DNA of 54,013 nucleotides from a virus (taxonomy: Duplodnaviria; Heunggongvirae; Uroviricota; Caudoviricetes). The stretch lies in IMG/VR virus record IMGVR_UViG_2778261162_000003; one strand, written 5' to 3'. The translations under genes were made by a program, and so were the position numbers. Below the pieces are notes generated by a model. It did not search any database. It saw only the letters and a list, made by a program, of their open reading frames with translations, and was not told the origin of the DNA. Shown here one piece after another: positions 10,194 through 24,532 of the stretch (within the stretch, counting starts at the first letter, position 1; every line of letters starts with the position of its first letter).

Positions 10194-11138
10194 TTGATAG
10201 GATCAAAAATGGCACAACAGAGAACTACCTCCCTCAGATCCATACCTTTAGACTTAGATGTTAAGCAAGAGGCTGTCATTAACGGTATAGAAATGGGGGT
10301 ACTCGATAACGGAATTCCGTACCTTACTCAGAATGGGTTGGCAAATGTTTGTGGTGTTCAGCGTTTGCGAATCAAGGAAATTACCGATGAGTGGGCTCAA
10401 TCCGTTGAGAACGGTATTTTCAAAAAAGGAAGAATGACTTTTATTGGTACATATCTTCTTAATGAAGGTTTTACAGATGAAAAACTTTATATACCAATAA
10501 TTCGAAATGGTGTTGAGTACCATGCTTATCCAGATGTTGTATGCATGGCTATACTTGAATACTATGCCTTTGAAGCAAAACAAGCAGAAAGTGAGACTGC
10601 AATTAGATCTTACAGAGAGCTTGCTAAAAAAGGCCTCAAGACATTTATATACGAGGCGCTAAAATATCAACCGGAGGACCCGTGGAGGCATTACCATGAC
10701 AGAGTATCTTTATTAAAAGATAAGGGAACCATACCTGATGGGTATTTCATTATATTTAATGAAATTGCAGGTATGATGGTAGATCTCATCAATGCTGGAT
10801 TAGCGATTAATCAGCATACCGTACCTGATGGCAGTGTTGGTTCTTGCTGGGCGCGTCACTGGAAAGCAAAGGGGTTAGCAACAGAATTTGGAGAAAGAGT
10901 AGACTGTGAGCATTATTACCCTGAAGATTTTCTTCAGGCAAGTTCCAATCCTCAGATCATTAATGCCTATCCTGATTCTGCATTGTCAGAGTTTCGTAGA
11001 TGGTTTAAGCATGAATATTTAACCACAAAGTTCCCACCGTATATTCTTAAAAAATCAAACGTGCTTCCTGGTGGTACAGAAGATGCTAATCGTCTGATAG
11101 AAGCTTTCAAAAAATCAGAGCTAGAAAATAAACCATAA
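10194..11138 (+). CDS. Hypothetical protein with KilA-N/Bro-N-like N-terminal domain; candidate antirepressor or abortive-infection protein (BstA-like architecture)
   Basis: 314-aa ORF with AT-rich upstream region; N-terminal DNGIPYLTQNGLANVCGV resembles the Bro-N/KilA-N core (GEPWFVAKDVAEALG-like); C-terminal two-thirds unrecognised. Confidence 0.6.
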   Translation: MIGSKMAQQRTTSLRSIPLDLDVKQEAVINGIEMGVLDNGIPYLTQNGLANVCGVQRLRIKEITDEWAQSVENGIFKKGRMTFIGTYLLNEGFTDEKLYIPIIRNGVEYHAYPDVVCMAILEYYAFEAKQAESETAIRSYRELAKKGLKTFIYEALKYQPEDPWRHYHDRVSLLKDKGTIPDGYFIIFNEIAGMMVDLINAGLAINQHTVPDGSVGSCWARHWKAKGLATEFGERVDCEHYYPEDFLQASSNPQIINAYPDSALSEFRRWFKHEYLTTKFPPYILKKSNVLPGGTEDANRLIEAFKKSELENKP

Positions 11139-11334
11139 TTGTTTTTTGGCTTTTGATTTTACATAATCATTTTGCCATAATCATGTCATCGGAGCCTGAA
11201 CAACTCCGGTGACTTCTGCGCTAAACGGGGACGTTTATGCGCACATACAATCCAAACTCTCTTCTCCCTTCACAGATGCAGAGATGCACCTGCGATTTTT
11301 TGCATCCAGCGTTTGACCTCTGCGGAGGTGAAGC

Positions 11335-11790
11335 GTGAATCTCCCACAAGATGGCATCAAATTACATCGCGGTAACTTCACCGCTATCGGTCGGCAGATC
11401 CAGCCTTATCTGGAGGAGGGCAAATGCTTTCGCATGGTGCTTAAACCGTGGCGTGAGAAACGCAGTCTTTCCCAGAATGCACTCAGCCACATGTGGTACA
11501 GCGAAATCAGTGAATACCTCATCAACAGGGGTAAAACGTTCGCCACTCCAGCTTGGGTAAAAGATGCTCTCAAACACACATATCTCGGTTATGAAACCAA
11601 AGACCTGGTTGATGTCGTAACCGGTGATATCACCACTATCCAGTCGTTACGCCATACCTCCGATCTTGATACCGGAGAGATGTATGTCTTCCTGTGTAAG
11701 GTTGAAGCCTGGGCGGTGAATATTGGCTGCCACCTGACTATTCCGCAGAGCTGCGAGTTCCAGCTGCTCCGTGACAAGCAGGAGGCGTAA
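11335..11790 (+). CDS. ybcN: NinB-family protein (YbcN)
   Basis: 151 aa, matches K-12 DLP12 YbcN / lambda NinB family. Confidence 0.9.
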   Translation: MNLPQDGIKLHRGNFTAIGRQIQPYLEEGKCFRMVLKPWREKRSLSQNALSHMWYSEISEYLINRGKTFATPAWVKDALKHTYLGYETKDLVDVVTGDITTIQSLRHTSDLDTGEMYVFLCKVEAWAVNIGCHLTIPQSCEFQLLRDKQEA

Positions 11791-11960
11791 TGGCTACACC
11801 GCTTATTCGTGTCATGAACGGACACATCTACAGAGTATCAAATCGTCGTAAGCGTAAGCCTGAGCCGAAGCCATCCGAAATACCAACACTGCTCGGATAT
11901 ACCGCTAGCCTGGTTGATAAAAAATGGTTGCGACTGGCAGCAAGGAGGAATCATGGCTGA
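11790..11960 (+). CDS. ninE: NinE
   Basis: 56-aa ORF ([27 protein letters not shown]...) overlapping the ybcN stop (TAATG); below the ORF-track length cutoff. Confidence 0.75.
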   Translation: MATPLIRVMNGHIYRVSNRRKRKPEPKPSEIPTLLGYTASLVDKKWLRLAARRNHG

Positions 11961-12243
11961 TTTGAGAAAAGCAGCGCGTGGTCGGGAATGCCAGGTAAGA
12001 ATCCCTGGCGTATGTAATGGCAATTCTGAAACGTCTGTACTGGCACATATCCGGCTGGCTGGATTGTGCGGTACCGGTATCAAACCGCCAGACCTGATTG
12101 CCACCATTGCATGTTCTGCCTGCCACGACGAAATCGACCGCCGCACACATTTTGTCGATGCTGCATATGCAAAAGAATGCGCGCTGGAAGGTATGGCGAG
12201 AACACAGGTTATCTGGCTGAAAGAGGGGGTTATTAAGGCGTGA
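11953..12243 (+). CDS. ybcO: YbcO (DUF1364 family)
   Basis: 96 aa from [24 protein letters not shown]...; Cys-rich; start overlaps the ninE end. Confidence 0.8.
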   Translation: MADLRKAARGRECQVRIPGVCNGNSETSVLAHIRLAGLCGTGIKPPDLIATIACSACHDEIDRRTHFVDAAYAKECALEGMARTQVIWLKEGVIKA

Positions 12244-12602
12244 ATACCTACAGCATCACATTACCCTGGCCTCCGAGCAATAATCGCTATTACCGCCATA
12301 ATCGCGGGCGCACGCACATCAGCGCAGAAGGGCAGGCATACCGCGATAACGTCACCCGAATCATTAAAAACGCAATGCTGGATATCGGCCTGGCTATGCC
12401 AGTGAAAATCCGTATTGAGTGCCACATGCCGGATCGCCGTCGCCGTGACCTGGATAATCTGCAAAAAGCCGCTTTTGACGCACTCACCAAAGCAGGTTTC
12501 TGGCTGGATGATGCTCAGGTCGTTGATTACCGCGTTGTGAAGATGCCTGTTACCAAAGGTGGGAGGCTGGAACTGACCATCACCGAAATGGGGAATGAAT
12601 GA
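12240..12602 (+). CDS. rusA: Holliday junction resolvase RusA
   Basis: 120 aa, matches E. coli RusA ([18 protein letters not shown]...). Confidence 0.95.
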   Translation: MNTYSITLPWPPSNNRYYRHNRGRTHISAEGQAYRDNVTRIIKNAMLDIGLAMPVKIRIECHMPDRRRRDLDNLQKAAFDALTKAGFWLDDAQVVDYRVVKMPVTKGGRLELTITEMGNE

Positions 12603-12739
12603 TGTTTGAGTTTTATATGGCAGAACTTCTTCGCCACCGCTGGGGGCATCTGCGCTTATATCGTTTCCCCGGTTCTGTTTTGACCGATTACCGAATACTG
12701 AAGAATTACGCCAAAACCCTGACAGGAGCAGGAGTATGA
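12599..12739 (+). CDS. ylcG: YlcG small protein
   Basis: 46-aa [30 protein letters not shown]... overlapping the rusA stop; matches K-12 YlcG. Confidence 0.7.
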   Translation: MMFEFYMAELLRHRWGHLRLYRFPGSVLTDYRILKNYAKTLTGAGV

Positions 12740-12824
12740 AGTCAGAGATAACAATCAACTAATACTGTTTTGTTGATTTTTGCTTGTAATTGGCGTTCTG
12801 GTCTGATTTTTGTGGAGTAAGTTG

Positions 12825-13208
12825 ATGCGTGATATTCAGATGGTTCTTGAGCGTTGGGGAGCGTGGGCGGCTAATAATCATGAAGATGTGACCTGGTCGT
12901 CCATTGCCGCCGGTTTTAAGGGATTAATTACTTCAAAAGTAAAATCTCGCCCGCAATGTTGTGACGATGACGCGATGATTATTTGCGGGTGCATGGCCCG
13001 TCTGAAAAAGAACAACAGCGATTTGCACGATTTATTAGTAGATTATTATGTAGTCGGTATGACATTCATGTCACTGGCAGGTAAGCATTGCTGCTCTGAT
13101 GGTTATATCGGGAAAAGGTTACAGAAGGCTGAGGGCATAATTGAAGGGATGTTAATGGCATTAGATATCCGGTTAGAGATGGATATCGTTGTTAATAACT
13201 CTAATTAA
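12825..13208 (+). CDS. quuD: Late gene antiterminator Q (phage 21 / DLP12 QuuD type)
   Basis: 127 aa from [22 protein letters not shown]...; matches K-12 QuuD. Confidence 0.9.
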   Translation: MRDIQMVLERWGAWAANNHEDVTWSSIAAGFKGLITSKVKSRPQCCDDDAMIICGCMARLKKNNSDLHDLLVDYYVVGMTFMSLAGKHCCSDGYIGKRLQKAEGIIEGMLMALDIRLEMDIVVNNSN

Positions 13209-13230
13209 TATGCCAATTGTTTACTAAAAA

Positions 13231-13259
13231 TTATTAAAAATGGGGCGTTGAGACGCCCC
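13231..13259 (-). terminator. Putative rho-independent terminator downstream of nmpC (minus strand)
   Basis: Hairpin GGGGCGTTGAGACGCCCC (13242-13259) followed on the minus strand by a U-run; two further hairpins lie between it and the nmpC stop. Confidence 0.4.
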
Positions 13260-13397
13260 CAAAAATAAAGGGTAATATATAACAGAAGGTTTATATAGTT
13301 AGAAGCAAGGTTGTGCTTCTAAAGGAAGTGGCTTGAGGGAGCCACTTATATGTTGGGGAGGCAACGCCTCCCGCAACATATCTTTTTCGTAATCAGA

Positions 13398-14495
13398 TTA
13401 GAACTGGTAAACCAGACCTACAGCAACGATGTCATCAGTGCTTACACCGAGTGCTTTAGTGAAGTCATTTTTGTCAAGCAGGTTGATTTTGTAATCAACG
13501 AAAGTAGACATATTTTTGTTGAAGTAATAGGTTGCACCTACATCAACATATTTGACTAAGTCCTGATCGCCCCATACTCCAAGATCTTTACCTTTAGATT
13601 GCAGGTAAGCAACGGACGGACGCAGACCGAAATCGAACTGATATTGTGCAACAGCTTCGAAGTTTTGGGCTTTATTAGCAACGAAGTGATCAGCAAATAC
13701 AGTCATATTCTGGGTTTCAGAATAGGTAGTGGCCAGGTAAATGTTGTTAGCGTCATATTTCAGACCTGCGGCCCAAACTTCTGCATTTTTACCGGAAGCA
13801 AATACTTCAGGAAGAACTTTCCCTGCATTAACTTGAGTGTCGGTACGATCAGATTTCGCATAAGTTGCACCGATACCGAATCCTTCGTATTCATAGGTAG
13901 CAGAGAAACCGAAGCCATCACCGTTACCTTCAGTGTAGTTATCGAAATCGCTACGATCGTTTTTGCCTTGGTACTGAGCAGCAAAGTTCAGACCATCAAC
14001 CAGACCAAAGAAGTCGTTGTTACGATAGGTTGCAACACCAGTGGTGCGACCAGTCATGAACACATCTGTTTGGGTCCAGGTATCGCCACCGAATTCTGGC
14101 AGAACGTCAGTCCACGCACCGATGTCGTATGCTACACCGTAGTTACGGCCGTAATCGATTGAGCCGTAGTCACCGAATTTCAGGCCTGCAAATGCAAGAC
14201 GGGTTTTGTCTTTGGAGGAACCTTGAGATTCAGCGCGGTTGCCTTTGAATTCATATTCCCACTGACCGAAACCAGTCAGTTGATCGTTGATTTGGGTTTC
14301 ACCTTTGAAGCCAAGACGGGCATAAGTAGTATCACCATCATCTGCATCATTAGAGGAGAAGTAGTGCTTGGCATTAACTTTCCCGTACAGATCCAGCTTG
14401 TTACTGTCTTTATTATAAATTTCAGCTGCCTGAGCAGACATCGCCATCAGTACTGATGCAGCTACAGCAGAAATTGCCACTGTTAATTTTTTCAT
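13398..14495 (-). CDS. nmpC: OmpC/OmpF-family general porin NmpC, apparently intact
   Basis: 365 aa with signal peptide [23 protein letters not shown] and C-terminal ...VGLVYQF; antisense to the late operon between Q and the lysis genes, as for the lc gene of phage PA-2. Confidence 0.9.
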   Translation of the reverse strand: MKKLTVAISAVAASVLMAMSAQAAEIYNKDSNKLDLYGKVNAKHYFSSNDADDGDTTYARLGFKGETQINDQLTGFGQWEYEFKGNRAESQGSSKDKTRLAFAGLKFGDYGSIDYGRNYGVAYDIGAWTDVLPEFGGDTWTQTDVFMTGRTTGVATYRNNDFFGLVDGLNFAAQYQGKNDRSDFDNYTEGNGDGFGFSATYEYEGFGIGATYAKSDRTDTQVNAGKVLPEVFASGKNAEVWAAGLKYDANNIYLATTYSETQNMTVFADHFVANKAQNFEAVAQYQFDFGLRPSVAYLQSKGKDLGVWGDQDLVKYVDVGATYYFNKNMSTFVDYKINLLDKNDFTKALGVSTDDIVAVGLVYQF

Positions 14496-15083
14496 CGTGA
14501 GCCCTTTTTTTTGAACTATTATTAAAAAATGATGTCACTGCGCGATAAATATTCATCTAATCAATGTGATTATTTCAAGATGTAAGTTTTAGTTTCTCAT
14601 TTAATTTGTGAAGTAGATCTCTATTTTTATCTGAACTTTTTCTATCGAAACCTATTTATGGCTCTTATTTGAACAAAAATAAACCTATTAGCTAATTTAT
14701 ATTAATGGTTGTTATTTATGGAGGTTCTATAATTCAGCAGTTTAATTTAAATCAACTAAAAATAACGTCTGAAATTATTTATTGGTTATTTGTTGAGGTT
14801 TTCTTATGTATTTGTGGTGGTGTTTTGAACACTCGGTAGCATTCTCATAAATATCATTCAGTGGTTTACGTACGTAAAAAATTGGTTATGCTGTTAAGAG
14901 TGGTTACTTCGTCACACAGCTTAAACCCGCCGTCGAGCTGGTTTTTCCATTTTTTGAGTCTCGATATTAGCTGATAACTCAATACCTGAGTTATTCACTG
15001 ACTCCGAGTCTGTTACGTTTCTGCTTTTTTGCGATACGTTGTATTCCCTCAATTTACACCCGCTTTGTCTGCGAGGTGGGGTT

Positions 15084-15299
15084 ATGAAATCCATGGATAA
15101 GTTAACAACGGGTGTCGCCTATGGCACCTCAGCAGGTAGTGCCGGTTACTGGTTTTTACAGCTGCTCGATAAAGTCACGCCCTCACAGTGGGCAGCAATA
15201 GGTGTGCTGGGTAGCCTGGTATTTGGCCTGCTGACGTACCTGACAAACCTTTATTTCAAGATTAAAGAAGATAAGCGCAAGGCTGCGAGAGGTGAATAA
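15084..15299 (+). CDS. essD: Phage-21-type pinholin S21 with dual start motif (MKSM)
   Basis: 71 aa [28 protein letters not shown]...; two TMDs; matches K-12 EssD. Confidence 0.9.
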
Positions 15300-15796
15300 T
15301 GCCTCCATCATTACGAAAAGCCGTTGCTGCTGCTATTGGTGGCGGAGCAATTGCTATAGCATCAGTGTTAATTACTGGCCCAAGTGGTAACGATGGTCTG
15401 GAAGGTGTCAGCTACATACCATACAAAGATATTGTTGGTGTATGGACTGTATGTCACGGGCATACAGGAAAAGACATCATGCTCGGTAAAACGTATACCA
15501 AAGCAGAATGCAAAGCCCTCCTGAATAAAGACCTTGCCACGGTCGCCAGACAAATTAACCCGTACATCAAAGTCGATATACCGGAAACAATGCGCGGCGC
15601 TCTTTATTCATTCGTTTACAACGTGGGTGCTGGCAATTTCAGAACATCGACGCTTCTTCGCAAAATAAACCAGGGCGATATCAAAGGCGCATGTGATCAG
15701 CTACGTCGCTGGACATATGCTGGCGGTAAGCAATGGAAAGGTCTCATGACTCGTCGTGAGATTGAGCGTGAAATCTGTTTGTGGGGTCAGCAATGA
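15299..15796 (+). CDS. rrrD: SAR endolysin (lysozyme R21 type)
   Basis: 165 aa; N-terminal Gly/Ala-rich signal-arrest-release segment; catalytic region matches K-12 RrrD. Confidence 0.9.
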   Translation: MPPSLRKAVAAAIGGGAIAIASVLITGPSGNDGLEGVSYIPYKDIVGVWTVCHGHTGKDIMLGKTYTKAECKALLNKDLATVARQINPYIKVDIPETMRGALYSFVYNVGAGNFRTSTLLRKINQGDIKGACDQLRRWTYAGGKQWKGLMTRREIEREICLWGQQ

Positions 15797-16254
15797 ACAG
15801 AGTAACCGCGATTATCTCCGCTCTGGTTATCTGCATCATCGTCGGCCTGTCATGGGCTGTTAATCATTACCGTGATAACGCCATTACCTACAAAGCCCAG
15901 CGCGACAAAAATGCCAGAGAACTGAAGCTGGCGAACGCGGCAATTACTGACATGCAGATGCGTCAGCGTGATGTTGCTGCGCTCGATGCAAAATACACGA
16001 AGGAGTTAGCTGATGCGAAAGCTGAAAATGATGCTCTGCGTGATGATGTTGCCGCTGGTCGTCGTCGGTTGCACATCAAAGCAGTCTGTCAGTCAGTGCG
16101 TGAAGCCACCACCGCCTCCGGCGTGGATAATGCAGCCTCCCCCCGACTGGCAGACACCGCTGAACGGGATTATTTCACCCTCAGAGAGAGGCTGATCACT
16201 ATGCAAAAACAACTGGAAGGAGCCCAGAAGTATATTAATGAGCAGTGCAGATAG
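15793..16254 (+). CDS. rzpD: i-spanin Rz
   Basis: 153 aa from [26 protein letters not shown]..., near-identical to recalled lambda Rz. Confidence 0.85.
   Translation: MNRVTAIISALVICIIVGLSWAVNHYRDNAITYKAQRDKNARELKLANAAITDMQMRQRDVAALDAKYTKELADAKAENDALRDDVAAGRRRLHIKAVCQSVREATTASGVDNAASPRLADTAERDYFTLRERLITMQKQLEGAQKYINEQCR
16013..16195 (+). CDS. rzoD: o-spanin Rz1 lipoprotein embedded in Rz (+1 frame)
   Basis: 60-aa ORF with lipobox VVVGC and proline-rich segment, fully inside Rz. Confidence 0.8.
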   Translation: MRKLKMMLCVMMLPLVVVGCTSKQSVSQCVKPPPPPAWIMQPPPDWQTPLNGIISPSERG

Positions 16255-16285
16255 AGCTGCCCATATCGATGGGCAACTCATGCAA

Positions 16286-16579
16286 TTATTGTGAGCAATA
16301 CACACGCGCTTCCAGCGGAGTATAAATGCCTAAAGTAATAAAACCGAGCAATCCATTTACGAATGTTTGCTGGGTTTCTGTTTTAACAACATTTTCTGCG
16401 CCGCCACAAATTTTGGCTGCATCAACAGTTTTCTCCTGTCCAATTCCCGAAACGAAGAAGTGATGGGTGATGGTTTCCTTTGGTGTTACTGCTGTCGGTT
16501 TGTTTCCAACAGTAAACGTCTGTTGAGCACATCCTGTAATAAGCATTGCCAGAGCGGCAGAAAACAACATTTTTTTCAT
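16286..16579 (-). CDS. borD: Bor lipoprotein (serum resistance)
   Basis: 97 aa from MKKMLFSAALAMLITGCAQQ...; lipobox LITGC; matches lambda Bor. Confidence 0.9.
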   Translation of the reverse strand: MKKMLFSAALAMLITGCAQQTFTVGNKPTAVTPKETITHHFFVSGIGQEKTVDAAKICGGAENVVKTETQQTFVNGLLGFITLGIYTPLEARVYCSQ

Positions 16580-16938
16580 CTTATTATCCTGCATTGTTAA
16601 AAACGGCAGAATCCTATGTGACAACAATTAAACGATAGTTAAATGGATTGATGAAAATTAAAACTATATAGGTGGATGCTCAGCCTATTGGAGGAGGGGG
16701 GCACTCAGAATCCTGTGGAATGAAATAAACCGCTCTTTCTGTCCATTACCCTTTTAGCTGCGCTGTATCGTCGCCGTATTCCCGCATTAACCATGACCGT
16801 AGCCCGACGGGGAATTCCTTCTGCGTGAGTGTGCGGGAATAATCAAAAACGATGCGCACCGGGTTTTACTGTGCTGACAGACGCAGGGTTACCCTCATAG
16901 TCGCTTTTCCGGTGCGATGGTGGAAGAAACCGGGATGT

Positions 16939-17133
16939 TTATTCATCATCACTTTGGATTGATGTATATGCTCTCTTTTCTGACGTTAGTCTCCGACGGC
17001 AGGCTTCAATGACCCAGGCTGAGAAATTCCCAGACCCTTTTTGCTCAAGAGCGATGTTAATTTGTTCAATCATTTGGTTAGGAAAGCGGATGTTGCGGGT
17101 TGTTGTTCTGCGGGTTCTGTTCTTCGTTGACAT
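16939..17133 (-). CDS. ylcI: Small ribbon-helix-helix-like protein (YlcI-like)
   Basis: 64-aa ORF between bor and cos; basic N-terminus then FPNQMIEQINIALEQKGSGNFSAWVIEACRRRL; identification from recollection. Confidence 0.5.
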   Translation of the reverse strand: MSTKNRTRRTTTRNIRFPNQMIEQINIALEQKGSGNFSAWVIEACRRRLTSEKRAYTSIQSDDE

Positions 17134-17332
17134 GAGGTTGTCCCGTATTCAGTGTCGCTGATTTGTATTGTCTGAAGTTGTTTTTACGTTAAGTTGATGC
17201 AGATCAATTAATACGATATCTGCGTCATAATTGATTATTTGACGTGGTTTGATTGCGTAGATGCACGTTGTGATATGCAGATGATAATTATTATCATTTT
17301 TCGGGTCCTTTCCGGCGATCCGACAGGTTACG

Positions 17333-17344
17333 GGGCGGCGACCT
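17333..17344 (+). other. cosN cohesive end (lambda-type 12-nt overhang GGGCGGCGACCT) within a lambda-like cos region
   Basis: ...CGACAGGTTACG|GGGCGGCGACCTCGCGGGTTTTCGCTATTTATGAAAATTTTCCGG... matches the recalled lambda genome ends, upstream of nu1. Confidence 0.9.
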
Positions 17345-17521
17345 CGCGGGTTTTCGCTATTTATGAAAATTTTCCGGTTTAAGGCATTTCCGTTCTTCTT
17401 CGTCGTAACTTAATGTTTTTATTTAAAATACCCCCTGAAAAGAAAGGAAACGACAGGTGCTGAAAACGAGCTTTTGGGCCTCTGTCGTTTCCTTTCTCTG
17501 TTTTTGGCCGTGGAATGAACA

Positions 17522-18041
17522 ATGGAAGTCAACAAAAAGCAGCTGGCTGACATTTTCGGCGCGAGTATCCGTACCATTCAGAACTGGCAGGAACAGGGAA
17601 TGCCCGTTCTGCGAGGCGGTGGCAAGGGTAATGAGGTGCTTTATGACTCTGCCGCCGTTATAAGATGGTATGCCGAAAGGGATGCTGAAATTGAGAACGA
17701 AAAGCTGCGCCGGGAAGTTGAAGAACTGCGGCAGGCCAGCGAGACAGATCTCCAGCCAGGGACTATTGAGTACGAACGCCATCGACTTACGCGTGCGCAG
17801 GCCGACGCACAGGAGCTGAAAAATGCCAGAGACTCCGCTGAAGTGGTGGAAACCGCATTCTGTACTTTCGTGCTGTCGCGGATCGCAGGTGAAATTGCCA
17901 GTATTCTCGACGGGATCCCCCTGTCGGTGCAGCGGCGTTTTCCGGAACTGGAAAACCGACATGTTGATTTCCTGAAACGGGATATCATCAAAGCCATGAA
18001 CAAAGCAGCCGCGCTGGATGAACTGATACCGGGGTTGCTGA

Positions 18042-18067
<26 letters not shown>
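17522..18067 (+). CDS. nu1: Terminase small subunit Nu1
   Basis: 181 aa, near-identical to lambda Nu1 (MEVNKKQLADIFGASIRTIQNWQEQGMPV...). Confidence 0.95.
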
Positions 18068-21748
<3,681 letters not shown>

Positions 21749-21768
<20 letters not shown>

Positions 21769-23068
21769 TCTCCCGCATATTGCCAGCATGGCTTTTAATG
21801 AGCCGCTGATGCTTGAACCCGCCTATGCGCGGGTTTTCTTTTGTGCGCTTGCAGGCCAGCTTGGGATCAGTCGCCTGACGGATGCAGTATCCGGCGACAG
21901 CCTGACTGCCGGAGAGGCACCCGCGGCGCTGGCGTTATCCGGTGATGATGACGGACCACGACAGGCCCGCAGTTATCAGGTCATGAACGGCATCGCCGTG
22001 CTGCCGGTGTCCGGTACGCTGGTCAGCCGGACGCGGGCGCTGCAGCCGTATTCGGGAATGACCGGTTACAACGGCATTATCGCTCGTCTGCAACAGGCTG
22101 CCAGCGATCCGATGGTGGACGGCATTCTGCTCGATATGGACACACCGGGCGGGATGGTGGCGGGAGCATTTGACTGTGCTGACATCATCGCCCGTGTGCG
22201 TGACATAAAGCCGGTATGGGCGCTGGCCAACGACATGAACTGCAGTGCAGGTCAGCTGCTTGCCAGCGCCGCCTCCCGGCGTCTGGTCACGCAGACCGCC
22301 CGGACAGGCTCCATCGGCGTCATGATGGCTCACAGTAATTACGGTGCTGCGCTGGAGAAACAGGGCGTGGAAATCACGCTGATTTACAGCGGCAGCCATA
22401 AGGTGGATGGCAACCCCTACAGCCATCTACCGGATGATGTCCGGGAAACACTGCAGTCCCGGATGGATGCAACCCGCCGGATGTTTGCACAGAAGGTGTC
22501 GGCATATACCGGCCTGTCCGTGCAGGCTGTGCTGGATACCGAGGCTGCAGTGTACAGCGGTCAGGAGGCCATTGATGCCGGACTGGCTGATGAACTTGTC
22601 AACAGCACCGATGCGATCACCGTTATGCGTGATGCACTGGATGCACGTAAATCCCGTCTCTCAGGAGGGCGAATGACCAAAGAGACTCAATCAACAACTG
22701 TTTCAGCCACTGCTTCGCAGGCTGACGTTACTGACGTGGTGCAAGCGACGGAGGGCGAAAACGCCAGCGCGGCGCAGCCGGACGTGAACGCGCAGATCAC
22801 CGCTGCGGTTGCGGCAGAAAACAGCCGCATTATGGGGATCCTCAACTGTGAGGAAGCTCACGGACGCGAAGAACAGGCACGTGTGCTGGCCGAAACCCCC
22901 GGTATGACCGTGGAAACGGCCCGCCGCATTCTGGCAGCTGCACCACAGAGTGCACAGGTGCGCAGTGACACTGCGCTGGATCGTCTGATGCAGGGGGCAC
23001 CGGCACCACTGGCTGCAGGTAACCCGGCATCTGATGCCGTTAACGATTTGCTGAACACACCAGTGTAA
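21749..23068 (+). CDS. C: Capsid assembly protease C (GTG start)
   Basis: VTAELRNLPHIASMAFNEPLM... matches lambda gpC (439 aa); GTG start overlapping the B 3' end by 20 nt as in lambda. Confidence 0.9.
22463..23068 (+). CDS. nu3: Scaffolding protein Nu3 (in-frame internal start within C)
   Basis: ATG at 22463 in the C frame at the offset where lambda nu3 starts within C. Confidence 0.75.
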   Translation: MDATRRMFAQKVSAYTGLSVQAVLDTEAAVYSGQEAIDAGLADELVNSTDAITVMRDALDARKSRLSGGRMTKETQSTTVSATASQADVTDVVQATEGENASAAQPDVNAQITAAVAAENSRIMGILNCEEAHGREEQARVLAETPGMTVETARRILAAAPQSAQVRSDTALDRLMQGAPAPLAAGNPASDAVNDLLNTPV

Positions 23069-23077
23069 GGGATGTTT

Positions 23078-23410
23078 ATGACGAGCAAAGAAACCTTTAC
23101 CCATTACCAGCCGCTGGGCAACAGTGACCCGGCACATACGGCAACCGCGCCCGGCGGATTGAGTGCGAAAGCGCCTGCAATGACCCCGCTGATGCTGGAC
23201 ACCTCCACCCGTAAGCTGGTTGCGTGGGATGGCACCACCGACGGTACTGCCGTTGGCATTCTGGCGGTTGATGCTGACCAGACCAGCACCACGCTGACGT
23301 TCTACAAGTCCGGCACGTTCCGTTATGAGGATGTGCTCTGGCCGGAGGCTGCCAGCGACGAGACGAAAAAACGGACCGCGTTTGCCGGAACGGCAATCAG
23401 CATCGTTTAA
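23078..23410 (+). CDS. D: Head decoration protein D
   Basis: 110 aa from [27 protein letters not shown]..., matches lambda gpD. Confidence 0.95.
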   Translation: MTSKETFTHYQPLGNSDPAHTATAPGGLSAKAPAMTPLMLDTSTRKLVAWDGTTDGTAVGILAVDADQTSTTLTFYKSGTFRYEDVLWPEAASDETKKRTAFAGTAISIV

Positions 23411-23465
23411 CCTTACCCTTCATCACTAAAGGCCGCCTGTGCGGCTTTTTTTACGGGATTTTTTT

Positions 23466-24491
23466 ATGTCGATGTACACAACCGCCCAGCTGCTGGCGGC
23501 AAATGAGCAGAAATTTAAGTTTGATCCGCTGTTTCTGCGTCTCTTTTTCCGTGAGAGCTATCCCTTCACCACGGAGAAAGTCTATCTCTCACAAATTCCG
23601 GGACTGGTAAACATGGCGCTGTACGTTTCGCCGATTGTTTCCGGTGAGGTTATCCGTTCCCGTGGCGGCTCCACCTCTGAATTTACGCCGGGATATGTCA
23701 AACCCAAGCATGAGGTGAATCCGCAGATGACCCTGCGTCGCCTGCCGGATGAAGATCCGCAGAATCTGGCGGACCCGGCTTACCGCCGCCGTCGCATCAT
23801 CATGCAGAACATGCGTGACGAAGAGCTGGCCATTGCTCAGGTCGAAGAGATGCAGGCAGTTTCTGCTGTGCTTAAGGGCAAATACACCATGACCGGTGAA
23901 GCCTTCGATCCGGTTGAGGTGGATATGGGCCGCAGTGCGGCGAACAACATCACACAGTCCGGCGTCACGGAGTGGAGCAAGCGTGACAAGTCCACGTATG
24001 ACCCGACCGACGATATCGAAGCCTACGCGCTGAACGCCAGCGGTGTGGTGAATATCATCGTGTTTGACCCGAAAGGCTGGGCGCTGTTCCGTTCCTTCAA
24101 AGCCGTCAGGGAGAAGCTGGATACCCGTCGCGGCTCTAATTCCGAGCTGGAGACAGCGGTAAAAGACCTGGGCGAAGCGGTGTCCTATAAGGGGATGTAT
24201 GGCGATACGGCGATCGTCGTGTATTCCGGACAGTACGTGGAAAACGACGTCAAAAAGAACTTCCTGCCGGACAACACGATGGTGCTGGGGAACACTCAGG
24301 CACGCGGTCTGCGCACCTATGGCTGCATTCAGGATGCGGACGCACAGCGCGAAGGTATTAACGCCTCTGCCCGCTACCCGAAAAACTGGGTGACCACCGG
24401 CGATCCGGCGCGTGAGTTCACCATGATTCAGTCAGCACCGCTGATGCTGCTGGCTGATCCTGATGCGTTCGTGTCCGTACAACTGGCGTAA
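23466..24491 (+). CDS. E: Major capsid protein E
   Basis: 341 aa from MSMYTTAQLLAANEQKFKFDPLFLR..., matches lambda gpE. Confidence 0.95.
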   Translation: MSMYTTAQLLAANEQKFKFDPLFLRLFFRESYPFTTEKVYLSQIPGLVNMALYVSPIVSGEVIRSRGGSTSEFTPGYVKPKHEVNPQMTLRRLPDEDPQNLADPAYRRRRIIMQNMRDEELAIAQVEEMQAVSAVLKGKYTMTGEAFDPVEVDMGRSAANNITQSGVTEWSKRDKSTYDPTDDIEAYALNASGVVNIIVFDPKGWALFRSFKAVREKLDTRRGSNSELETAVKDLGEAVSYKGMYGDTAIVVYSGQYVENDVKKNFLPDNTMVLGNTQARGLRTYGCIQDADAQREGINASARYPKNWVTTGDPAREFTMIQSAPLMLLADPDAFVSVQLA

Positions 24492-24532
24492 TCATGGCCC
24501 TTCGGGGCCATTTTCTCTCTGTGGAGGAGTCC

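Noticed and set aside
10254-10583. 109-aa minus-strand ORF inside the 314-aa islet gene
   Set aside because: Antisense overlap in AT-rich DNA with a low-complexity Ile/Asn/Phe-rich translation; the plus-strand ORF has better start context and a recognisable N-terminal domain
13599-14162. 187-aa ORF on the plus strand inside nmpC
   Set aside because: Antisense to a well-supported porin gene; no recognisable protein features
16367-16600. 77-aa plus-strand ORF overlapping bor
   Set aside because: Antisense to the well-supported bor lipoprotein gene
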